64,000 nt of DNA from Eledone cirrhosa (Eukaryota): NCBI GenBank assembly GCA_964016885.1, contig OZ024742.1:221154001-221218000 (forward strand). Direction: 5' to 3'. The notes beneath the pieces were generated by a model. The model made no database searches, was not told where the DNA came from, and saw only the letters and a list, made by a program, of their open reading frames with translations. Each line of letters opens with the position of its first letter. Within the stretch, counting starts at the first letter, position 1. Of this stretch, positions 51,801 to 64,000 are shown in pieces. Both the position numbers and the translations under genes were made by a program.

Positions 51801-54800
51801 TTGGGTGCATCTTATTGTGGCACCAGTAATATCCCTTCATAGAGAATTGGGTGCATCCTATTGTGACACCAGTAATATCGCTTTACAGAGGATTGGGTGC
51901 ATCTTATTGTGGCACCAGCAATATCACTTTACAGAGTATTGGGTGCATCTTATTGTGGCACCAGTAATATCATTTTACGAGAGTATTGGGTGCATCTTAT
52001 TGTGGCACCAGTAATATCACTTTACAGAGTATTGGGTGCATCTTATTGTGGCACCAGTAATATCACTTTACGAGAGTATTGGGTGCATCTTATTGTGGCA
52101 CCAGTAATATCCCTTCATAGAGAATTGGGTGCATCCTATTGTGACACCAGTAATATCGCTTTACAGAGGATTGGGTGCATCTTATTGTGGCACCAGCAAT
52201 ATCACTTTACAGAGTATTGGGTGCATCTTATTGTGGCACCAGTAATATCATTTTACGAGAGTATTGGGTGCATCTTATTGTGGCACCAGTAATATCACTT
52301 TACAGAGTATTGGGTGCATCTTATTGTGGCACCAGTAATATCACTTTACGAGAGTATTGGGTGCATCTTATTGTGGCACCAGTAATATCCCTTCATAGAG
52401 AATTGGGTGCATCCTATTGTGACACCAGTAATATCGCTTTACAGAGGATTGGGTGCATCTTATTGTGGCACCAGCAATATCACTTTACAGAGTATTGGGT
52501 GCATCTTATTGTGGCACCAGTAATATCACTTTAAGAGAGTATTGAGAGCATCTTATTATGGCACCAGTAATATCACTTTACAGAGTACGAGGTGCATCTT
52601 ATTGTGTCATCAGTAATATCACTTTACAGAGTATTGGGTGCATCTTATTGTGGCATCAGCAATATCACTTTACATGACTATTGGGAGCATGTTATTGTGG
52701 CACCAGTAATATCACTTTACGAGAGTATTGGGTGCATCTTATTGTGGCACCAGTAATATCACTTTATAGAGAATCGGGTGCATCTTATTGTGGCACCAGT
52801 AATATCACTTTACAGAGGATTGGGTGCATCTTATTATGGCACCAGTAATATCACTTTACAGAGTATTGGGTGCATCTTATTGTGGCACCAGTAATATCAC
52901 TTTACAGAGTATTGGGTGCATCTTATTGTGGCACCAGTAATATCACTTTACAGAGGATTGGGTGCCTCTAATTGTGGCACCAGTAATATCACTTTACAGA
53001 GGATTGGATGCATCTTATTGTGGCACCAGTAATATCAATTTACAGAGTATTGGGTGCCTCTAATTGTGGGACCAGTAATATCACTTTACAGAGGATTGGG
53101 TGCATCTTATTGTGGCACCAGTAATATCACTTTACAGAGTATTGGGTGCATCTTATTGTGGCACCAGTAATATCACTTTACACGAGTATTGGGTGCATCT
53201 TATTGTGGGACCAGTAATATCACTTTACAGAGGATTGGGTGCATCTTATTGTGGCACCAGTAATATCACTTTACAGAGTATTGGGTGCATCTTATTGTGG
53301 CACCAGTAATATCACTTTACAGAGGATTGGATGCATCTTGTGGTGGCACCAGTAATATCACTTTACAGAGTATTGGGTGCCTCTAATTGTGGGACCAGTA
53401 ATATCACTTTACAGAGGATTGGGTGCATCTTATTGTGGCACCAGCAATATCACTTTACAGAGTATTGGGTGCATCTTATTTTGGCACCAGTAATATCACT
53501 TTACGAGAGTATTGGGTGCATCTTATTGTGGCACCAGCAATATCACTTTACAGAGTATTGGGTGCATCTTATTTTGGCACCAGTAATATCACTTTACGAG
53601 AGTATTGGGAGCATCTTATTGTGGCACCAGTAATATCACTTTACGAGAATATTGAGTGCATCTTATGGTGGCACCAGTAATATCACTTTACAGAGTATTG
53701 GGTGCATCTTATTGTGGCACCAGTAATATCACTTTACGAGAGTATTGGGTGCATCTTATTGTGGCATCAGCAATATCACTTTACAGAGTATTGAGTGCAT
53801 CTTATTGTGGCACCAGTAATATCACTTTACAGAGTATTGGGTGCATCATATTGTGGCACCAGTAATATCACTTAACGAGTCTATCAGGTGCATCTTATTG
53901 TTGCACCAGTAATATCACTTTACAGAGCATTGGGAGCATCTTATTGTTGCACCAGCAATACCACTTTACATAGAATTGGGTGCATCTTATTGTGGCACCA
54001 GTAATATCACTTTAAGAGAGTATTGAGAGCATCTTATTATGGCACCAGTAATATCACTTTACAGAGTACTAGGTGCATCTTATTGTGTCATCAGTAATAT
54101 CACTTTACAGAGTATTGGGTGCATCTTATTGTGGCACCAGCAATATCACTTTACGAGAGTATTGAGTGCATCTTATTGTGGCACCAGTAATATCACTTTA
54201 CGAGAGTATTGGGTGCATCTTATTGTGGCACCAGTAATATCACTTTATAGAGAATTGGGTGCATCCTATTGTGACACCAGTAATATCACTTTACAGAGGA
54301 TTGGGTGCATCTTATTGTGGCACCAGCAATATCACTTTACAGAGTATTGGGTGCATCTTATTTTGGCACCAGTAATATCACTTTACGAGAGTATTGGGTG
54401 CATCTTATTTTGGCACCAGTAATATCACTTTACGAGAGTATTGGGTGCATCTTATTGTGGCACCAGTAATATCACTTTATGAGAGTATTGAGTGCATCTT
54501 ATTGTGGCACCAGTAATATCACTTTACATGAGTCTTGGGTGCATCTTATTGTGGCACCAGCAATATCACTTTACAGAGTATTGAGTGCATCTTATTGTGG
54601 CACCAGTAATATCACTTTACAGAGTATTGGGTGCATCTTATTGTGGCACCAGTAATATCACTTAACGAGTCTATCAGGTGCATCTTATTGTTGCACCAGT
54701 AATATCACTTTACAGAGTATTGGGAGCATTTTATGTTGCACCAGCAATACCACTTTACATAGAATTGGGTGCATCTTATTGTGGCACCAGTAATATCACT

Positions 54801-56163
54801 TTAAGAGAGTATTGAGAGCATCTTATTATGGCACCAGTAATATCACTTTACAGAGTACGAGGTGCATCTTATTGTGTCATCCGTAATATCACTTTACAGA
54901 GTATTGGGTGCATCTTATTGTGGCATCAGCAACATCACTTTACATGACTATTGGGAGCATGTTATTGTGGCACCAGTAATATCACTTTACGAGAGTATTG
55001 GGTGCATCTTATTGTGGCACCAGTAATATCACTTTATAGAGAATCGGGTGCATCTTATTGTGGCACCAGTAATATCACTTTACAGAGGATTGGGTGCATC
55101 TTATTATGGCACCAGTAATATCACTTTACAGAGTATTGGGTGCATCTTATTGTGAAACCAGTAATATCACTCTACGAGAGTATTGGGTGCATTTTATTGT
55201 GGCACCAGTAATATCATTTTACAGAGTATTGGGTGCATCTTATTGTGGCACCAGTAATATCACTTTACAGAGTATTGGGTGCATCTTATTGTGGCACCAG
55301 TAATATCACTTTACAGAGGATTGGGTGCCTCTAATTGTGGCACCAGTAATATCACTTTACAGAGTATTGAGTGCATCTTATTTTGGCACCAGTAATATCA
55401 CTTTACAGAGGATAGGATGCATCTTATTGTGGCACCAGTAATATCACTTTACAGAGTATTGGGTGCCTCTAATTGTGGGACCAGTAATATCACTTTACAG
55501 AGGATTCGGTGCATCTTATTGTGGCACCAGTAATATCACTTTACAGTGTATTGGGTGCATCTTATTGTGGCACCAGTAATATCACTTTACAGAGTATTGT
55601 AAGCCTCTAATTGTGGGACCAGTAATATCACTTTACAGAGGATTGGGTGCATCTTATTGTGGCACCAGTAATATCACTTTACAGAGTATTGGGTGCATCT
55701 TATTGTGGCACCAATAATATCACTTTACAGAGTATTGGGTGCATCTTATTGTGGCACCAGTAATATCACTTTACACGAGTATTGGGTGCATCTTATTGTG
55801 GGACCAGTAATATCACTTTACAGAGGATTGGGTGCATCTTATTGTGGCACCAGTAATATCACTTTACAGAGTATTGGGTGCATCTTATTGTGGCACCAGT
55901 AATATCACTTTACAGAGTATTGGGTGCATCTTATTGTGGCACCAGTAATATCACTTTACAGAGTATTGGGTGCATGTTATTGTGGTACCAGTAATATCAC
56001 TTTACAGAGTATTGGGTGCATCTTATTGTGACACCAGCAATATCACTTTACGAGAGTATTGGGTGCATCTTATTGTGGCACCAGTAATATCACTTTACAG
56101 TGTATTGGGTGCATCTTATTGTGGCACCAGCAATATAACTTTACGAGAGTATTGGGTGCATCT
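39862..56163. repeat. 46-bp satellite array, about 16.3 kb (about 350 copies), with higher-order repeats
   Basis: Continuous 44-47-bp monomers, with variant patterns recurring at offsets of 4438, 1387 and 278 bp. Confidence 0.97.
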
Positions 56164-59100
56164 CTCTCGATTTTGGTGGGAAATAATTATCTTTCCTTGT
56201 TTTTTCTGAACCTTAAAGATTTAACCCTTTTTTGTTTGTTTGTATCCCTACATAACATCTAGCTATATTTGAGAGAAATTTGTTTACTATATCGCCAGCT
56301 GATGGAGACTCATTACATAGTGACTTTTCTCTATGGCTCATTAACCTACGTATCAACAAGTCCTGCACATGTAATCGAATTATTTCCCTATTACAAATTG
56401 TATGCGTCATTTGAAAAAAAATTACCTTCTCTCAATATACTTGTTCTTATGAAAAAGAAAAGAAAAGAAAAGTCCTTTTGAATACAATTTGAAATCATTT
56501 GTGATACTATAACATAATATAACATTTATACAGTATATATAGTTAATTTGTTAATATGTTTTTGGTGTGGGAGCTTAGCCGTGTGGTTACTTCGTTTATA
56601 CTTAAGAACTATCCAAATGTTTTCAAAGCTAACGACTACTGGCGCTGTCTCGTACATTCATTTTTGTCCCTTAAGCAAATTTATCACCACCATCGTCACA
56701 AATTATTTTATTTTCAACAACTCACTACTTCAATATTTTCTGTGTATCGATAAGGCGTCAGATAACGATTTGCGGTATAGTTATCTCCCTTTACCTTTTG
56801 ATTTCAAATCCAGTCTCGGTTAAGCTTTACCTATCATCCTTACAGAGTCGATAAAATAAAGTATCGGTAACTCACTGGCGTCGATTTAATCGATTTCCTC
56901 ACAAAAATGTTGGTCTTGTACCTAAATCAGAAACCATTATTATTTTAAAATGAGTTCAAATCAGCCAAGATCAGCTTTGCTTTTCATCCTTCCGGGACCA
57001 ATTAAGTAAAGTACAAGTTATGAACTGGTTTGACATTATCGAACTTCCCCTTCAAATTACAAGCCTTGTGTCTAAACTAGAAGGGGCGCAGCCCAAACAC
57101 TGCCCTGCCCTATGCCCAGAGCCCATCACCCTCTCCTTCTTCTGTGGTCAAAAGTCTTTGCTTTTTTCTTTCTTTTCCTCTTAACTATGGCATTTATAGT
57201 CCTTTCCTCTACTTTCCCATACAACTAGATCTGCCCTTTTTTTTACCCCTTCCCTTTTTTCTCATTACTTTTGTTTTTATCTTTCCTTTTCATATTTCCA
57301 TCATTGTATAACATATTTTTTATTTGTATATAAATATGTGTGTATTATTGGTGTTCTATACAGAATATATTAATCTCTAATCCCAAAATTATATGTTAGC
57401 ATATAAAAAGACTGTTCTAGTTTATTTCTATAGTGACTTGATTTTTGTAATTCTACTGTTTGTTTGTGTGTGTTTGTATGTGGTAATGGTGTTCTGCTCT
57501 TGATTGTAAGATCATGAGTTCAATTCCCTGTGATATGTGTCCTTGTACAAGATACTTTATTTAACGCTGCTCCACCTGGCAAAATCAAGTTGTACTTGTC
57601 ATTCAAAGGGCCCCATCACACTGAATCTCCCTGAGAGCTATGTTAACAGCACACGTGTCCATGGATTACTCAGCTACTTGCATGTTAATTTCATCTGCAG
57701 GCTGTTCCGTTGGTCGAACAGTTGGAGCACCCATCGTCGGAACCGACAGAGGCCCAACAGCAGCAATAGTGCATGTGTGTGTGTGTGTGTGTGTAATGCC
57801 TGGCTCTTTATTGATTTGTTACTTTTGTAAACCATAAACATATGATTTGATACACACCATATGCTTGTTGCTTGAACATGACAAAACGAAGGGAGCCATC
57901 AATATTATAAAAATAGTCATTATTCTTGGGATAAATCCAAATGTGATACCACTAAGTAATTTCATTTGGCCTTGATAGACTAGCTAGCCCTGTGCCACCA
58001 AAAATGATGGCTAATTGTAGTATTTTGTTTAATAATTCTTTTATTATAAACTTTTTTGTGTGGATAGACTATCCACAACTAACATAGATAACCAAGATAA
58101 TATATTTGTGTGAATATCTATACATTTATGTATATGTATGGTCCTGAGTTGTAGGGATGCCGTATTGATATACTACATTTTTTGAACATTTGAAGCCTAC
58201 CGGAACCCATCCCTCTCCAGGACTGAGTACAGTAGATTTATTCAAGAGCGAGGAAGAATTGACACAAGTACTAGACTGGTGCTTCTTTTACCGACCTCAA
58301 AAGGATGAAACTCGGCGCGATTTGAACTCAGAGAACAGAAAGCCGGAACAAATTCCATAAAGCTACCGATCCGACGTTCTGATGACTCTGCCAATTCGCT
58401 GCTTTTATCTATACATTTATATGTATGAGTATAAAATATAAACACACAAACACATATACACTCATACAAATATAGATATATTCACACAAACACATATTCA
58501 CACGCATACATTCACACAAGTGATATAAACACATAAAAACTAACATCATCATCATCATCATCGTTTAACATCTATCTTCCACGCTAGCAGAAAGCCGGTA
58601 ATATCACTTTAGAGTATTGGGTGCATCTTATTGTGGCACCAGTAATATCACTTTACAAAGTATTGCGAGCATCTTATTGTGGCACCAGTAATATCACTTT
58701 ACAAGGGTATTGGGAGCATCTTATTGTGGCACCAGTAATATTACTTTACAGAGTATTGGGTGCATCTTATTGTGGCGCCAGTAATATCACTTTACAGAGG
58801 ATTGGGTGTATCTTATTGTGGCACCAGTAATATCACTTTAGAGTATTGGGTGCATCTTATTGTGGCACCAGCAATATCACTTTACAGAGTATTGGGTGCA
58901 TCTTATTGTGGCACCAGTAATATCACTTTACAGAGTATTGGGTGCATCGTATTGTGGCACCAGCAATACCACTTTACAGAGAATTGGGTGCCTCTTATTG
59001 TGGCGCCAGTAATATCACTTTACAGAGGATTGGGTGCATCTTATTGTGGCACCAGTAATATCATTTTACGAGACTATTGGGTGCATCTTATTGTGGCACC

Positions 59101-60327
59101 CATAACATCACTTTACAGAGTATTGGGTGCACCTTATTGTGGCACCAGTAATATCACTTTACAGAGTATTGGGAGCATCTTATTGTGGCATCAGTAATAT
59201 CACTTTACAGAGTATTGGGTGCATCTTATTGTGGCACCAGTAATATCACTTTACAGAGTATTGGGTGCATCTAATTGTGGCACCAGTAATATCACTTTAC
59301 AGAGTATTGGGTGCATCTTATTGCGGCACCAGTAATATCACTTTACAGAGTATTGGGTGCACCTTATTGTGGCACCAGCAATATCACTTTACAGAGTATT
59401 CGGTGCATCTTATTGTGGCACCAGTAATATCACTTTACAGAGTATTGGTTGCCTCTAATTGTGGGACCAGTAATATCACTTTACAGAGGATTGGGTGCAT
59501 GTTATTGTGGCACCAGTAATATCACTTTACAGAGTATTGGGTGCATCTTATTGTGGCACCAGTAATATCACTTTACAGAGTATTGGGTGCATCTTATTGT
59601 GGCACCAGTAATATCACTTTACAGAGTATTGGGTGCATCTTATTGTGGCACCAGTAATATCACTTTACAGAGTATTGGGTGCCTCTAATTGTCGGACCAG
59701 TAATATCACTTTACAGAGGATTGGGTGCATCTTATTGTAGTACCAGCAATATCACTTTATTAGAGTATTGGGTGCATCTTATTGTGGCACCATTAATATC
59801 ACTTTACAGAGTATTGGGAGCATCTTTTTGTGGCACCCATAATATCACTTTACAAGAGTATTGCGAGCATTTAATTGTGGCACCAGTAATATCACTTTAG
59901 AGTATTGGGTGCATCTTATTGTGGCACCAGTAATATCACTTTACAGAGGATTGGGTGCATCTTATTGTGGCACCAGTAATATCACTTTACAGAGGATTGG
60001 GTGCATCTTATTGTGGCACCAGTAATATCACTTTACAGAGTATTGGGTGCATCTTATTGTGGCACCAGTAATATCACTTTACAGAGTATTGGGTGCATCT
60101 TATTATGGCACCAGTAATATCACTTTACAGAGGATTGGGTGCATCTTATTGTCGCACCAGTAATATCACTTTACAGAGTATTGGGTGCATCTTATTGTGA
60201 CACCAGCAATATCACTTTACGAGAGTATTGAGTGCATCTTATTGTGGCACCAGTAATATCACTTTACAGTGTATTGGGTGCATCTTATTGTGGCACCAGC
60301 AATATAACTTTACGAGAGTATTGGGTG
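56159..60327 (+). repeat. amplified unit copy 4 (46-bp array at 58598-60331)
   Basis: Exact 4169-bp offset to copy 5 (e.g. ORFs 57537 and 61706). Confidence 0.93.
56564..56665 (+). ncRNA. vault RNA-like gene, type C (copy 2)
   Basis: Same sequence as 38122-38223. Confidence 0.75.
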
Positions 60328-63300
60328 CATCTCGCTCGATTTTGGTGGGAAATAATTATCTTTCCTTGTTTTTTCTGAACCTTAAAGATTTAACCCTTTT
60401 TTGTTTGTTTGTATCCCTACATAACATCTAGCTATATTTGAGAGAAATTTGTTTACTATATCGCCAGCTGATGGAGACTCATTACATAGTGACTTTTCTC
60501 TATGGCTCATTAACCTTCGTATCAACAAGTCCTGCACATCGAATCGAATTATTTCCCTATTACAAATTGTATGCGTCATTTGAAAAAAAATTATCTTCTC
60601 TCAATATACTTGTTCTTATGAAAAAGAAAAGAAAAGAAAAGTCCTTTTGAATACAATTTGAAATCATTTGTGATACTATAACATAATATAACATTTATAC
60701 AGTATATATAGTTAATTTGTTAATATGTGTTTGGTGTGGGAGCTTAGCCGTGTGGTTACTTCGTTTATACTTAAGAACTATCCAAATGTTTTCAAAGCTA
60801 ACGTCTACTGGCGCTGTCTCGTACATTCATTTTTGTCCCTTAAGCAAATTTATCACCACCATCGTCACAAATTATTTTATTTTCAACAACTCACCACTTC
60901 AATAATTTCTGTGTATCGATAAGGCGTCAGATAACGATTTGCGGTATAGTTATCTCCCTTTACCTTTTGATTTCAAATCCAGTCTAGGTTAAGCTTTACC
61001 TATCATCCTTACAGAGTCGATAAAATAAAGTATCGGTAACTCACTGGCGTCGATTTAATCGATTTCCTCACAAAAATGTTGGTCTTGTACCTAAATCAGA
61101 AACCATTATTATTTTAAAATGAGTTCAAATCAGCCAAGATCAGCTTTGCTTTTCATCCTTCCGGGACCAATTAAGTAAAGTACAAGTTATGAACTGGTTT
61201 GACATTATCGAAGTTCCCCTTCAAATTACAAGCCTTGTGTCTAAACTAGAAGGGGCGCAGCCCAAACACTGCCCTGCCCTATGCCCAGAGCCCATCACCC
61301 TCTCCTTCTTCTGTGGTCAAAAGTCTTTGCTTTTTTCTTTCTTTTCCTCTTAACTATGGCATTTATAGTCCTTTCCTCTACTTTCCCATACAACTAGATC
61401 TGCCCTTTTTTTTACCCCTTCCCTTTTTTCTCATTACTTTTGTTTTTATCTTTCCTTTTCATATTTCCATCATTGTATAACATATTTTTTATTTGTATAT
61501 AAATATGTGTGTATTATTGGTGTTCTATACAGAATATATTAATCTCTAATCCCAAAATTATATGTTAGCATATAAAAAGACTGTTCTAGTTTATTTCTAT
61601 AGTGACTTGATTTTTGTAATTCTACTGTTTGTTTGTGTGTGTTTGTATGTGGTAATGGTGTTCTGCTCTTGATTGTAAGATCATGAGTTCAATTCCCTGT
61701 GATATGTGTCCTTGTACAAGATACTTTATTTAACGCTGCTCCACCTGGCAAAATCAAGTTGTACTTGTCATTCAAAGGGCCCCATCACACTGAATCTCCC
61801 TGAGAGCTATGTTAACAGCACACGTGTCCATGGATTACTCAGCTACTTGCATGTTAATTTCATCTGCAGGCTGTTCCGTTGGTCGAACAGTTGGAGCACC
61901 CATCGTCGGAACCGACAGAGGCCCAACAGCAGCAATAGTGCATGTGTGTGTGTGTGTGTGTGTAATGCCTGGCTCTTTATTGATTTGTTACTTTTGTAAA
62001 CCATAAACATATGATTTGATACACACCATATGCTTGTTGCTTGAACATGACAAAACGAAGGGAGCCATCAATATTATAAAAATAGTCATTATTCTTGGGA
62101 TAAATCCAAATGTGATACCACTAAGTAATTTCATTTGGCCTTGATAGACTAGCTAGCCCTGTGCCACCAAAAATGATGGCTAATTGTAGTATTTTGTTTA
62201 ATAATTCTTTTATTATAAACTTTTTTGTGTGGATAGACTATCCACAACTAACATAGATAACCAAGATAATATATTTGTGTGAATATCTATACATTTATGT
62301 ATATGTATGGTCCTGAGTTGTAGGGATGCCGTATTGATATACTACATTTTTTGAACATTTGAAGCCTACCGGAACCCATCCCTCTCCAGGACTGAGTACA
62401 GTAGATTTATTCAAGAGCGAGGAAGAATTGACACAAGTACTAGACTGGTGCTTCTTTTACCGACCTCAAAAGGATGAAACTCGGCGCGATTTGAACTCAG
62501 AGAACAGAAAGCCGGAACAAATTCCATAAAGCTACCGATCCGACGTTCTGATGACTCTGCCAATTCGCTGCTTTTATCTATACATTTATATGTATGAGTA
62601 TAAAATATAAACACACAAACACATATACACTCATACAAATATAGATATATTCACACAAACACATATTCACACGCATACATTCACACAAGTGATATAAACA
62701 CATAAAAACTAACATCATCATCATCATCATCGTTTAACATCTATCTTCCACGCTAGCAGAAAGCCGGTAATATCACTTTAGAGTATTGGGTGCATCTTAT
62801 TGTGGCACCAGTAATATCACTTTACAAAGTATTGCGAGCATCTTATTGTGGCACCAGTAATATCACTTTACAAGGGTATTGGGTGCATCTTATTGTGGCA
62901 CCAGCAATATCACTTTACAGAGTATTGGGTGCATATTATTGTGACACCAGTAATATCACTTTACAGAGTATTGGGTGCATCTTATTGTGGCACCAGTAAT
63001 ATCACTTTACAGAGTATTGGATGCATCTTATTGTGGCACCAGTAATATCACTTTAGAGTATTGGGTGCATCTTATTGTGGCACCAGTAATATCACTTTAC
63101 AGAGTATTGGGTGCATCTTATTGTGGCGCCAGTAATATCACTTTACAGAGGATTGGGTGTATCTTATTGTGGCACCAGTAATATCACTTTAGAGTATTGG
63201 GTGCATCTTATTGTGGCACCAGCAATATCACTTTACAGAGTATTGGGTGCATCTTATTGTGGCACCAGTAATATCACTTTACAGAGTATTGGGTGCATCT

Positions 63301-64000
63301 TATTGTGGCACCAGCAATACCACTTTACAGAGAATTGGGTGCCTCTTATTGTGGCGCCAGTAATATCACTTTACAGAGGATTGGGTGCATCTTATTGTGG
63401 CACCAGTAATATCATTTTACGAGACTATTGGGTGCATCTTATTGTGGCACCCATAACATCACTTTACAGAGTATTGGGTGCACCTTATTGTGGCACCAGT
63501 AATATCACTTTACAGAGTATTGGGAGCATCTTATTGTGGCATCAGTAATATCACTTTACAGAGTATTGGGTGCATCTTATTGTGGCACCAGTAATATCAC
63601 TTTACAGAGTATTGGGTGCATCTAATTGTGGCACCAGTAATATCACTTTACAGAGTATTGGGTGCATCTTATTGCGGCACCAGTAATATCACTTTACAGA
63701 GTATTGGGTGCACCTTATTGTGGCACCAGCAATATCACTTTACAGAGTATTCGGTGCATCTTATTGTGGCACCAGTAATATCACTTTACAGAGTATTGGT
63801 TGCCTCTAATTGTGGGACCAGTAATATCACTTTACAGAGGATTGGGTGCATGTTATTGTGGCACCAGTAATATCACTTTACAGAGTATTGGGTGCATCTT
63901 ATTGTGGCACCAGTAATATCACTTTACAGAGTATTGGGTGCATCTTATTGTGGCACCAGTAATATCACTTTACAGAGTATTGGGTGCATCTTATTGTGGC
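60328..64000 (+). repeat. amplified unit copy 5 (46-bp array from 62767, running off the window)
   Basis: Near-identical to copy 4. Confidence 0.93.
60733..60834 (+). ncRNA. vault RNA-like gene, type C (copy 3, one helix substitution)
   Basis: As type C, but CGTCTACTGG replaces CGACTACTGG. Confidence 0.7.

Noticed and set aside
39862-56163. CRISPR-like array or repeat-protein gene
   Set aside because: Monomers are head-to-tail with no unique spacers, there are no cas genes, the context is eukaryotic and the 46-bp period is not a multiple of 3.

Overview
This is eukaryotic, repeat-dominated, gene-poor DNA. The (TA)n/(CA)n/(CAT)n microsatellites and the SINE and Penelope repertoire suggest a cephalopod (Octopus-like), which is an inference. 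I cannot support any intact protein-coding gene. The first 29 kb is transposon debris: a 48-bp minisatellite, a decayed Gypsy internal region, a non-autonomous LTR element with LTRs, PBS, PPT and TSD, CR1 and CRE LINE fragments, Helitron- and piggyBac-like elements, several long inverted repeats and Penelope-type hammerhead ribozyme motifs. From 29.2 kb to the end, a tandemly amplified unit occurs five times, separated by 46-bp SINE-derived satellite arrays of up to about 16 kb. The main observation is that these units carry seven copies, in three sequence variants, of a 92-103 nt Pol III-type RNA gene with the hallmarks of vault RNA. Each has TTAGC-N5-GGTTACTTCG at the 5' end, a CGACCACTGGCGC-like 3' block, a terminal stem, an oligo-T terminator and an upstream TATA (measured at -29 for types A and B). 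This would be a candidate vault RNA gene cluster in a protostome, where to my knowledge vault RNAs are not characterised.
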